From positions 103,774 to 167,773 of the IMG/VR virus record IMGVR_UViG_2974786931_000001: DNA of 64,000 bases. One strand, 5' to 3'. The notes below the pieces were generated by a model. That model worked only from the letters and a program-made list of their open reading frames with translations, was not told the DNA's origin and did no database searches. Positions 1-9,216 of this stretch are shown here, in pieces (position 1 is the stretch's first letter; every line of letters begins with the position of its first letter). This stretch comes from a virus (lineage: Duplodnaviria; Caudoviricetes). The position numbers and the translations under genes are program-made.

Positions 1-1
1 G

Positions 2-1483
2 ACTACTGAAATAACTTCTAGTTCATCTGGCTTTAGTGGTGTTATTACCTTAGGCGGAATTGAAATTGATTCAGGCATTTTGCTAACCGAAACTGAAAAT
101 GCTGATGAAGTTATCACAGGAACTGCATTCCAGGCTCTTTTAGCTAAATATGCTATGCCAGGTTTTGTAGCTGTATATCCTGGTGAATTGGGTAGTTCTT
201 TAGAGCTAGAAATTGTTTCTAAAGCAAAATATGATGCTACTACAGTTGCTGAATTGAGTATTTTCCCTACTGGCGGTACACGTGTTTCTTCTGCAAAAGC
301 TGTATTCCCATATGGTCCGCAGACTGTCAACCAATATGGCATTATCGTTCGTCGTGATGGCGCTATTGTAGAATCTATTATTCTTTCTACTAAGCAAGGT
401 GAAAAAGATGTGTACGGCAATAACATCTATATGGATGACTATTTTGCTAAAGGCTCAAGCAATTATATCTTCGGTACTTCAGTTGGATTCCCAATTGGTT
501 TCTCAGGTATTATTCGTTTGGCTGGTGGTTTAAGTTCTAATGGTACTGCTGAAGCCGGTGCTTTGATGCAAGGTTGGGATTTGTTTGCTGACCGTGAAGC
601 ATTGCATGTTAACTTGCTGATTGCTGGTGCTTGTGCCGGTGAAGACGACGAAACTGCATCTACTGTTCAAAAGCATGTTGTTTCTATTGCTGATGAACGT
701 CAAGATTGTTTAGCATTGATTTCTCCACCACGTGGCACTATTGTTAATGTTCCGTTAACTCGAGCTGTAGATAATTTGGTTGGTTGGCGTAAAGGTTCTA
801 CTGGCTACGAAGATGCTAACATGAATATCAGCTCAACATATGCTGCTATTGATGGCAACTACAAATATCAATACGACAAGTATAATGATATTAACCGTTG
901 GGTTCCATTGGCTGCTGACATCGCTGGATTATGTGCTCGTACAGATGATGTTTCACAACCTTGGATGTCTCCAGCCGGTTATAACCGCGGACAACTTCTG
1001 AACTGTATTAAACTTGCTATTGAGCCTCGTTTGTCTCATCGTAACGTTATGTACCAAGCTGCTATTAACCCGGTAACTGGTTTTGCAGGTGGTGACGGTT
1101 TTGTTCTGTTCGGCGATAAAACTGCTACATTAGTTCCTTCACCATTTGACCGTATTAACGTACGTCGTCTGTTCAATATGTTGAAGAAAAATATTGGCGA
1201 TGCATCTAAATACAAAGTATTCGAACTAAACGATGACTTTACTCGTTCTAGTTTCCGTATGGAAGCTTCGCAATATTTGGCAGGAATTAAAGCTCTTGGC
1301 GGTGTATATGAATATCGTGTTGTTTGCGATTCAACAAATAACACCCCGGCGGTTATTGATCGTAACGAAATGGTTGGTAGCATTTATGTTAAACCAGCAC
1401 GTAGCATTAACTACATTACTCTGAACTTCATTGCTACGGCAACAGGTGCAGATTTCGATGAATTGATCGGAACACAACAGTAA
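2..1483 (+). CDS. 18: Tail sheath protein gp18 (5'-truncated by window edge)
   Basis: Frame open from base 2; T4 gp18 C-terminal motifs (WMSPAGYNRG, FGDKT, RINVRRLF, KPARSINYITLNF); precedes gp19. Confidence 0.97.
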   Translation, partial: TTEITSSSSGFSGVITLGGIEIDSGILLTETENADEVITGTAFQALLAKYAMPGFVAVYPGELGSSLELEIVSKAKYDATTVAELSIFPTGGTRVSSAKAVFPYGPQTVNQYGIIVRRDGAIVESIILSTKQGEKDVYGNNIYMDDYFAKGSSNYIFGTSVGFPIGFSGIIRLAGGLSSNGTAEAGALMQGWDLFADREALHVNLLIAGACAGEDDETASTVQKHVVSIADERQDCLALISPPRGTIVNVPLTRAVDNLVGWRKGSTGYEDANMNISSTYAAIDGNYKYQYDKYNDINRWVPLAADIAGLCARTDDVSQPWMSPAGYNRGQLLNCIKLAIEPRLSHRNVMYQAAINPVTGFAGGDGFVLFGDKTATLVPSPFDRINVRRLFNMLKKNIGDASKYKVFELNDDFTRSSFRMEASQYLAGIKALGGVYEYRVVCDSTNNTPAVIDRNEMVGSIYVKPARSINYITLNFIATATGADFDELIGTQQ

Positions 1484-1489
1484 TTAAAA

Positions 1490-1515
1490 AGCCGATATAA
1501 ATAGCTATATCGGCT
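1490..1515 (+). promoter_or_regulatory. Hairpin after gene 18 containing a late promoter TATAAATA (1496-1503)
   Basis: AGCCGATATA-aatagc-TATATCGGCT 10-bp inverted repeat overlapping exact T4 late consensus. Confidence 0.65.
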
Positions 1516-1573
1516 CTACGTTCAGGACGTTTTAGAACGTTTAAAAGATTATATTGTTGTAACATATTAGTGG

Positions 1574-1581
1574 TATAAATA
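1574..1581 (+). promoter_or_regulatory. T4-type late promoter for gene 19
   Basis: Exact TATAAATA ~55 nt upstream of gp19 start. Confidence 0.85.
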
Positions 1582-1633
1582 AATTAAACTGAGTGGTTCC
1601 TGGCTTACTAGGAATCATTCTTAAGAGGATCTT

Positions 1634-2125
1634 ATGGAGCTTACAGATATCACAAGAGCATTTGAATCAGGTGACTTCGCACGTCCTAACCTATTTGAGG
1701 TAGAAATTCCTTTTTTAGGTCAAAACTTCAAATTCAAGTGTAAAGCAGCTACATTGCCTTCAGGCACAGTAGATAAAATTCCAGTTGGGTATATGAACCG
1801 TAAATTAAATATTGCCGGTGACCGTACTTTTGATGATTGGACAGTAACAATTTATAACGATGATGCTCACTCAACCCGTGATGCTATCGTTGCTTGGCAA
1901 GATTTGTGCCATGGACAAGGTAATGAAATCTCTGGTGCTAATCCAGCTGATTATAAAAAGACAGCTTTGGTACGTCAGTTCCATCGTAATGGTCAAGAAA
2001 TTACTAAAGAATACACACTAACAGGTATTTGGCCTACAATTGTAGCCGAAGTACAAATGGATTGGGATTCTAACAACGAAGTTCAAATCTTCGAGACTAC
2101 CTTCTCCCTGGACTGGTGGCAGTAA
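1634..2125 (+). CDS. 19: Tail tube protein gp19
   Basis: 163 aa, RAFESGDFARPNLFEVEIP, GDRTFDDWTVT; SD GAGG. Confidence 0.98.
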   Translation: MELTDITRAFESGDFARPNLFEVEIPFLGQNFKFKCKAATLPSGTVDKIPVGYMNRKLNIAGDRTFDDWTVTIYNDDAHSTRDAIVAWQDLCHGQGNEISGANPADYKKTALVRQFHRNGQEITKEYTLTGIWPTIVAEVQMDWDSNNEVQIFETTFSLDWWQ

Positions 2126-2188
2126 TATTAAAACGGGTTTATGCCCGTTTAAAATGCATATTGTTAAAATAGTGTTCATTTTAAACGG

Positions 2189-2196
2189 TATAAATA
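2189..2196 (+). promoter_or_regulatory. Late promoter for gene 20
   Basis: Exact TATAAATA upstream of portal gene. Confidence 0.85.
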
Positions 2197-2224
2197 TTAC
2201 CAGAGACATATTTTGGAGCAATCA

Positions 2225-3802
2225 ATGGATATTACAAACACTGTACTTTCAATGTTTAAACGATTTAGTCGTGATGACGCTGATTTGTACGACGACCAAT
2301 TAAAATCTAATGCTGAATCAATTACTGCTCCTAAATTTGACGATGGTGCGCATGAAGTCGAATCTAATATTTCAGATATTTACGGGAGTGGTACTGCTGG
2401 CTTAATGCAGCAAATGTATGGCAGTCAAGAAGTGGCAATGGATAATACTCGCCGCTTAATTGATACATACCGTAGTTTAATGAATAATTATGAAGTAGAT
2501 AATGCTGTTCAAGAAATTGTTTCGGATTCTATTGTATATGAAACTGGGCATGATGTTGTAGCGTTAAATTTAGAAAATTCTGATTTCAGCGAAGCAATGA
2601 AAGACAAATTGTTAGATGAATTTAATGTGGTATTAAATACATTAAGATTCCAGCGTAAAGGTACAGACCATTTTAAACGTTGGTATGTGGATTCAAGAAT
2701 ATTTTTCCATAAAATTATAGATGTCAAGAACCCTAAAAAAGGCGTTCTTGAATTACGTCGTTTAGACCCGCGTCAAGTAGAATTTGTTCGTGAAATTGTT
2801 ACTGATATGGAAAATGGTGTAAAAATTGTTAAAGGCTATAAAGAATATTTCATTTACGACACAGGACATGAAAGTTATTATACCGACGGAAAAGTTTATA
2901 CTGCCGGAACAAAAATAAAAATCCCTAGAACTGCTATAACTTATGCTCATTCAGGTTTAGTAGATTGTTCAGGCAAAAATATTATAGGCTATTTGCATCG
3001 TGCTGTTAAACCAGCTAATCAGCTAAAATTGCTTGAAGATGCTATGGTGATATATCGCATTACTCGTGCTCCAGACCGTAGAGTATTTTATATCGACACA
3101 GGTAATATGCCTGCGCGTAAAGCACAAGCTCATATGCAACATGTTATGAATACATTTAAAAACCGAGTGGTTTATGATGCTTCGACTGGTAAAATTAAAA
3201 ACCAGCAACATAATATGTCTATGACTGAAGATTATTGGTTACAACGTCGTGATGGCAAAGCTGTTACTGAAGTAGATACAATGCCTGGTGCTCAGGGTAT
3301 GAATGAAATGGATGATGTGCGTTGGTTTAAACGTTGTTTATACGAAGCGTTACGTATTCCGGTTTCACGTATTCCAAATGACCAAGGTGGCGTTCAATTT
3401 GACGCTGGCACTGCAATTACTCGTGATGAAATTAAATTTGATGACTTCATTCGAGATTTACAGCATAAGTTTGAAGAAATTATTCTTGACCCATTAAAAA
3501 CTAACTTAATTCTTAAAAAAATTATAACAGAAGACGACTGGGAAAGAGAGATAAATAATATTAATATCACGTTCCATCGTAATTCGTATTTTACAGAAAT
3601 GAAAGATGCAGAAATTACTGAACGGCGTATCAATATGATACTCATGGCTGAACCTATTATTGGAAAATATATTTCCCATAAAACGGCTATGATGGACTTC
3701 TTACAGATGTCTGAAGAAGAAATTAACGATGAAGCTAAGCAGATAGAGGAAGAATCCAAAATCGAACGCTTTAATTCAGATAAAGAACCTGAGGAATTTT
3801 AA
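2225..3802 (+). CDS. 20: Portal vertex protein gp20
   Basis: T4 gp20 motifs ([44 protein letters not shown]); ATG 2225 follows SD GGAG. Confidence 0.97.
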   Translation: MDITNTVLSMFKRFSRDDADLYDDQLKSNAESITAPKFDDGAHEVESNISDIYGSGTAGLMQQMYGSQEVAMDNTRRLIDTYRSLMNNYEVDNAVQEIVSDSIVYETGHDVVALNLENSDFSEAMKDKLLDEFNVVLNTLRFQRKGTDHFKRWYVDSRIFFHKIIDVKNPKKGVLELRRLDPRQVEFVREIVTDMENGVKIVKGYKEYFIYDTGHESYYTDGKVYTAGTKIKIPRTAITYAHSGLVDCSGKNIIGYLHRAVKPANQLKLLEDAMVIYRITRAPDRRVFYIDTGNMPARKAQAHMQHVMNTFKNRVVYDASTGKIKNQQHNMSMTEDYWLQRRDGKAVTEVDTMPGAQGMNEMDDVRWFKRCLYEALRIPVSRIPNDQGGVQFDAGTAITRDEIKFDDFIRDLQHKFEEIILDPLKTNLILKKIITEDDWEREINNINITFHRNSYFTEMKDAEITERRINMILMAEPIIGKYISHKTAMMDFLQMSEEEINDEAKQIEEESKIERFNSDKEPEEF

Positions 3803-4078
3803 ATGGAACAATTGATTGAAGCTATCAAATCTAATGATTTGGTTAAAGCTAAAAAAGCGTTCGGCTCTATTATGCTAGAACGTACTAGTACTCTTATCGA
3901 AGCTGAAAAAATCGCTATGGCGAAGTCTGTTATGATTGAAGGTGAAGAACCTGAAAGTGAAGAAAAAGACGAAAAAGACGAAAATGAAAAAGACGCTAAG
4001 AAGCCTAATAAATTCGAAAAAGAAAAATTAGACGATTCTGAAAAAGATGAAGGCGAAGACGACGAAGAGGAAGAATAA
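3803..4078 (+). CDS. 67: Prohead core protein gp67
   Basis: [15 protein letters not shown]-terminus, highly acidic tail, synteny. Confidence 0.92.
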   Translation: MEQLIEAIKSNDLVKAKKAFGSIMLERTSTLIEAEKIAMAKSVMIEGEEPESEEKDEKDENEKDAKKPNKFEKEKLDDSEKDEGEDDEEEE

Positions 4079-4500
4079 TGTTAATTATTTCTGATAACCA
4101 CGAATTAGTATATGAAAATGTACAAGCTCTAATTCCTGAAGCTCAGAACCGAATTAATTTTCTTGCAGCGTTTTCTAAAGACGAAATATTTGCAATTGCT
4201 GAGAATATGGTAGATAAAACTCCGGATTTGGCAATTGCAATTGCTTCACTTAACGAAGAAATGGAATTAAACGAGTTTATTGTTAAGCACGTTTCTTCTC
4301 GTGGTGAAGTTACTAAAACACATGACAGAAAAACTCGCTCACGGAGAGCTTTCCAAACCACGGGTCTTTCTAAAGCAAAACGTCGTGCTATTGCAAGAAA
4401 AGTAGTTCGTTCTAAAAAATCTAATCCATCAGCAACCGTCAGAGGTTCTCGTAAGCGTAAGCGTGCTATGAAACGTCGTAAAATTATGGGATTAAGCTAA
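4078..4500 (+). CDS. 68: Prohead core protein gp68
   Basis: [25 protein letters not shown] basic C-terminus; synteny. Confidence 0.93.
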   Translation: MLIISDNHELVYENVQALIPEAQNRINFLAAFSKDEIFAIAENMVDKTPDLAIAIASLNEEMELNEFIVKHVSSRGEVTKTHDRKTRSRRAFQTTGLSKAKRRAIARKVVRSKKSNPSATVRGSRKRKRAMKRRKIMGLS

Positions 4501-5123
4501 TGACTATGTTACTTACTGAAGATTGGGGTCAGCCCGGTGAATTAATTGGCGATGTTCCTATGCTAGAATCCTATGAAAATAAGGAAGGACTCCCACCGGG
4601 GCTTTATATAGAAGGTGTATTTCTACAGGCCGAAACAGTTAATAGAAATAAACGTCTTTACCCGAAACGTATTTTAGAAACTGCGGTTTCACAATATATT
4701 AATGAGCAAGTTAAAACAAAACAAGCTTTAGGAGAATTAAACCATCCACCAAGAGCTAATGTCGATCCGATGTTGGCAGCTATTATCATCGAAGATATGT
4801 GGTGGAAAGGTAATAACGTTATGGGACGCGCTCGTATTATCGAAGGCGACCATGGCCCTGGTGATAAATTGGCTGCAAATATAAGAGCTGGTTGGGTTCC
4901 AGGAGTATCCTCAAGAGGCTTGGGTTCATTAACTGAAACCGGCAAAGGTTATAAACTAGTTAATGAAGGTTTCCGTTTGACTGTAGGTGTTGACGCAGTA
5001 TGGGGTCCTTCAGCGCCTGATGCATATGTACAGGCTAAACAAATTTCTGAAAGCAAAGAAATTCAGGAATGCAGTGCTAATGACGCTTTTAATGCTTTAA
5101 CAGCCAATTTAAAAGCGTTATAA
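4500..5123 (+). CDS. 21: Prohead protease gp21
   Basis: LYIEGVFLQAE, ALGELNHP, GVSSRGLGS, VDAVWGPSAPDA. Confidence 0.97.
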   Translation: MTMLLTEDWGQPGELIGDVPMLESYENKEGLPPGLYIEGVFLQAETVNRNKRLYPKRILETAVSQYINEQVKTKQALGELNHPPRANVDPMLAAIIIEDMWWKGNNVMGRARIIEGDHGPGDKLAANIRAGWVPGVSSRGLGSLTETGKGYKLVNEGFRLTVGVDAVWGPSAPDAYVQAKQISESKEIQECSANDAFNALTANLKAL

Positions 5124-5126
5124 ATA
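5119..5126 (+). promoter_or_regulatory. Late promoter for gene 22
   Basis: Exact TATAAATA overlapping gp21 stop. Confidence 0.85.
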
Positions 5127-5155
5127 ATTATGTAACTTAACAACAGGAACGAGAA

Positions 5156-5980
5156 ATGCATATCAAAGAACAACTTATTAAAGAAGCACAAACCTTGATG
5201 GTTGAAGCTTCAGTTGAACTTGGAAGCGTTTTCGAATCAGTTCAATTGTCTGATGAAGTAAAAACTAACTTCAGCACTGTATTCGAAACTCTGGTCAAGA
5301 AAAACGCCGCTGCTTTGGCAGAAAAACACATTAATGAAATCGCTGATAAGGCTGAAGAAGAAGTAGAAAAAGCCGAAGAAGAAGCTGATAAGAAAGCAGA
5401 AAAGAAAATTACTGAATCTGCATCTCGCTTCTTGGACCATATCGCTAAAGAATGGCTAGCTGAAAACAAACTTGCTGTAGATCGTGGTATTAAATCCGAT
5501 TTGTTTGAATCTATGTTCTCTGGATTAAAAGAACTATTTGTTGAACACAACGTTGTTGTTCCGGAAGAATCTGTAGATGTTGTTGCAGAAATGGAAGAAG
5601 AACTAGCCGAACAAACTGCTGAAACCGGCCGTTTATTTGAAGAATTAGGCAAGCGCGATGCATATATTAATTATGTTCAACGCGAAGTTGCTATTACCGA
5701 AGCCACACGTGATTTGGTAGAATCCCATAAAGAACAAGTTGTAGAATTGCTTGAAGGTGTTGAGTATTCTGAAGGTTTTGCTGGAAAACTTAATTCTATC
5801 GTATCAATGGTAGCTGCTTCTAAATCTACTCAGGTAAATGAAGCTATAAATACAACTGAAGATATTGATGCAACAGCGCTAAACTTTATTAGCGAAGTGG
5901 TTGAAGATACTGCTAAACCAACTACTCAAAATTCACCAATGATGAATCTGTACACCCGTGCAGCATCAAGCAAAGCTTAA
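5156..5980 (+). CDS. 22: Prohead scaffold protein gp22
   Basis: Acidic coiled-coil; EWLAENKLAVDRGIK, LFVEHNVVVPEESVDVV; synteny. Confidence 0.96.
   Translation: MHIKEQLIKEAQTLMVEASVELGSVFESVQLSDEVKTNFSTVFETLVKKNAAALAEKHINEIADKAEEEVEKAEEEADKKAEKKITESASRFLDHIAKEWLAENKLAVDRGIKSDLFESMFSGLKELFVEHNVVVPEESVDVVAEMEEELAEQTAETGRLFEELGKRDAYINYVQREVAITEATRDLVESHKEQVVELLEGVEYSEGFAGKLNSIVSMVAASKSTQVNEAINTTEDIDATALNFISEVVEDTAKPTTQNSPMMNLYTRAASSKA
5845..5852 (+). promoter_or_regulatory. Late promoter for gene 23 (inside gene 22)
   Basis: Exact TATAAATA in the 3' part of gene 22, as for T4 P23. Confidence 0.8.
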
Positions 5981-5998
5981 TTTAAGGTTATTATTAAA

Positions 5999-7576
5999 AT
6001 GAAACAAACTACTAAATCCGAACTTTTGAACAAATGGACTCCACTGCTGGAAGCTGAAGAATTGCCTGAAATTGTTGGTGCTTCAAAACGTACTCTGATT
6101 GCTAAAATCATGGAAAACCAAGAAGTTGATATTATGACTTCTCCTGAATACCGTGATGAAAAAATTGCTGAAGCATTCGGTACTTTCTTGAACGAAGCTG
6201 AAATTGGCGGTGACTCAGGTTATAATGCTGATAATATCGCAATGGGTAAAACAAGCGGTGCTATCACTCAAATTGGGCCGGCAGTAATGGGTATGGTACG
6301 TCGTGCTATTCCTAATCTGATTGCTTTTGACATCTGTGGTGTTCAGCCAATGTCTGGTCCTACTGGTCAGGTATTTGCATTGCGCGCTACTTACGGTGAA
6401 GATCCGTTGGCTGCTAATGCTAAAGAAGCTTTCCATCCAATGTTTGCTCCAAATGCTATGTTCTCTGGTGCTGGCGCTGATGCTACCCTTAAAGCTACAT
6501 TCAAAGAAGTTTCTGCTACTTTGGTAATGGCTGCTGGTGATATTGCACATTATGAATTCCCAGAATCTGGTACTGCGTATCTTCAGGCTGCTTCCGCTGT
6601 AGATTTTACTACACTTGTTACCGGTAGTGCTACTGTTCTTGATGCTGTTCAAGGTCAAATGGAACTTGGTACCCTGGTTGAAATCGCTGAAGGTATGGCA
6701 ACATCTGTCGCTGAATTGCAACAGAACTTTAACGGTTCTACTGATAACCCATGGAACGAAATGAGCTTCCGTATTGACAAACAAGTCATCGAAGCTAAAT
6801 CTCGTCAGTTAAAAGCTCAGTATTCTATCGAATTGGCCCAGGATTTACGTGCTGTTCATGGTATGGATGCAGATGCTGAATTGTCTACTATTCTTGCCAC
6901 AGAAATGATGCTGGAAATTAACCGTGAAGTTGTTGACTGGATTAACTATACCGCTCAGGTTGGTAAAACTGGTATGACTCGTACTCTTGGTTCTAAAGAC
7001 GGCGTATTCGATCTTCAAGACCCTATTGATACTCGTGGTGCTCGTTGGGCTGGTGAAAGCTTTAAATCTGTAATTTATCAAATCGATAAAGAAGCTGTAG
7101 AAATTGGTCGTCAAACTGGCCGTGGTCAAGGTAACTTCCTGATTGCTTCTCGCAACGTTGTTAATATCCTTGCTTCTACTGATCAGTTGATTGGTTATGC
7201 ATCACAAGGCGCTTCTGCTGGTCTGAACACTGATGTGCAGAAAGCAACCTTTGCTGGTATTTTGGCTGGTAAATATAAAGTTTACATCGACCAATATGCT
7301 CGTCAAGATTACTTCACTGTTGGTTATAAAGGTGCTAACGAAATGGATGCCGGTATTTACTACGCACCTTACGTTGCATTGACTCCACTTCGTGGTTCTG
7401 ATCCTAAGAATTTCCAACCTGTCATGGGCTTCAAAACTCGTTATGGTATTGGTATTAATCCATTCGCTGATTCTCGTGCTCAGCGTCCAGGTGATCGTAT
7501 TACTTCTGCAATGCCTGCTATTGCAGCTATTGGTAAGAATGCTTACTTCCGCCGTGTATGGGTACAAAATGTTTAA
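5999..7576 (+). CDS. 23: Major capsid protein gp23
   Basis: IAFDICGVQPM, KSRQLKAQYSIELAQDLRAVHGMDAD, FQPVMGFKTRYG. Confidence 0.99.
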   Translation: MKQTTKSELLNKWTPLLEAEELPEIVGASKRTLIAKIMENQEVDIMTSPEYRDEKIAEAFGTFLNEAEIGGDSGYNADNIAMGKTSGAITQIGPAVMGMVRRAIPNLIAFDICGVQPMSGPTGQVFALRATYGEDPLAANAKEAFHPMFAPNAMFSGAGADATLKATFKEVSATLVMAAGDIAHYEFPESGTAYLQAASAVDFTTLVTGSATVLDAVQGQMELGTLVEIAEGMATSVAELQQNFNGSTDNPWNEMSFRIDKQVIEAKSRQLKAQYSIELAQDLRAVHGMDADAELSTILATEMMLEINREVVDWINYTAQVGKTGMTRTLGSKDGVFDLQDPIDTRGARWAGESFKSVIYQIDKEAVEIGRQTGRGQGNFLIASRNVVNILASTDQLIGYASQGASAGLNTDVQKATFAGILAGKYKVYIDQYARQDYFTVGYKGANEMDAGIYYAPYVALTPLRGSDPKNFQPVMGFKTRYGIGINPFADSRAQRPGDRITSAMPAIAAIGKNAYFRRVWVQNV

Positions 7577-7587
7577 TAGTTAAAAAT

Positions 7588-7618
7588 AAAAGGGATACTC
7601 AATGAGTATCCCTTTTTT
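7588..7618. terminator. Bidirectional intrinsic terminator between gene 23 and the endonuclease gene
   Basis: AAAAGGGATACTC-aat-GAGTATCCCTTTT with A/T tracts on both sides. Confidence 0.9.
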
Positions 7619-7621
7619 AGT

Positions 7622-9136
7622 TTAAATAGATTCAAATACTAAATTACCTGAATCCCATATACGTCTAATTTTATTATTATAACAATTTTCTACTGCTGTT
7701 AATTCTGGGTCATAATTATCTAGTTTTTTATCTAATAGATGTTTCATAAATGATGACCTATGAAATAATTTGCCTTTATCAATGTAATAATCACATGGTT
7801 TTGTTACACGAATTTGTTTCATTCCTATAGCGTTGTATACGTTGCCTTGAGACCAGCGCCGGTTGGCATATGAAACACAATATACACCCTTTAAAAGTCT
7901 AGACGCGCCGCCTTGCACTACAGTATTTAATTTAGAACACATGCGTAATAACTCTGGCTTATTCTGATATCGTCCTTTACCAATAGTTATCAATTGAACT
8001 AAATTATCTTCGTAATAAAGGCCTTTAGCTTCAGTAAAAACAGCATGCCCTTGTAAATGATTTAATTCACAAAACTTTTTAGCATCATTATATGAAACCT
8101 GTTTAATTTTACATTTTCTTGCATGAATTTTTGTAGCTTTACCTAATTTAACTTTAATTACAGATTTCCATATTTCACGTTTAGTATTATCTAGCCATTC
8201 ATTTTCAAAAATATGTAAAAGTTGAATTCCTTTAGATTCACATAATTCTGTTTTATTAAGATGATAATTTCTTTTGTGCATATCTTCTTCTTTAGAACCA
8301 GAAGAATGCCAATAAATACCGTTAAATTCTATAGCTAGATTTTTCTCTGGGATATAGATATCAAGTTCAAAAGGAGCTATTATTTTTCGGCTTGTTTCGC
8401 AAGCAAAACCTAGAGAATTAATAAATTCTTTTAATTCAATTTCAGCTACAGAAATATTTTTGTCTCTAAGATTGTATTCAAAAGTAAGTCCATATAATAA
8501 ATTAAGTCCACAGCCTGTTTCTAAAGAAATTCCATGAAGTCCTATAGATTTGTATTTTTCAGAGAATTTTTCTTTATCATACAGCCATTCCGGTAAATGG
8601 GTTCTTGAAGAATTAGATATAGATTGTTTGAGAGAAATAGAAGCTTTAACCGTATCTATTTGGAACGGATTTTTAACACCATAACGATTTAAACATGTTT
8701 GTTCTCTTTTAATCAAAGACAAAATACTATTATTTTTAATTGCATTTATCCCAGAAGAACTAAATCCGGTTTCTCCATATTTTTTCTTTCTTGTAACCCA
8801 TGTTTTATCTGTTGGCTTGCCTTTTAAAGATTCTGATATCTTTTTATTACGAGATTCTATATCAATAGAACTAAGTTTTTTATCTTTAACTAATTGGCAC
8901 GATGCAGAACATTTTCTTGAACAGTATTCTGCCATGATTTTTTCTATAGGAAGTTCTTTATCGCACTTTTTACATTTAGGCAATTCATCAAGGTTGTTTA
9001 AAGCTAGTATGAGCTTAGTTTTTGGGTCTGAATATATTGAAATAATGCCGTCAATTATAGAAGGATTTTCTTTATGAATTCTTTTCCAATTTTTGTTTAA
9101 ATTGCCATTTTTATCTTTATAAATAGATATATCCAT
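7622..9136 (-). mobile_element. Free-standing Hef-like homing endonuclease (Zn-ribbon, Vsr/DUF559-type PD-(D/E)XK nuclease, C-terminal Mom/GNAT-like domain)
   Basis: CKKC...YCSRKC; TCLNRYGVKNPFQ motif; ELDIYIPEKNLAIEFNGIYWHS...GIQLLHIFENEW; antisense between 23 and 24 (the T4 segD position). Confidence 0.8.
9118..9125 (+). promoter_or_regulatory. Late promoter for gene 24, embedded antisense in the first codons of the endonuclease
   Basis: Exact TATAAATA; no other consensus copy seen before the gp24 start. Confidence 0.7.
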
Positions 9137-9155
9137 AATAACTCCTTATAACATC

Positions 9156-9185
9156 ATTTTATCATAGTATCGATTACATGTAAAC
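9156..9185 (-). promoter_or_regulatory. T4-type early promoter for the endonuclease
   Basis: GTTTACA-17 nt-(TGa)TAAAAT followed by SD AAGGAG. Confidence 0.75.
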
Positions 9186-9216
9186 ATGTAAGTTATAACA
9201 ACAGAGAGAACATGCA

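Noticed and set aside
3955-4075. GAAAAAGAC-type short repeats in gene 67
   Set aside because: They encode the low-complexity acidic tail normal for gp67.
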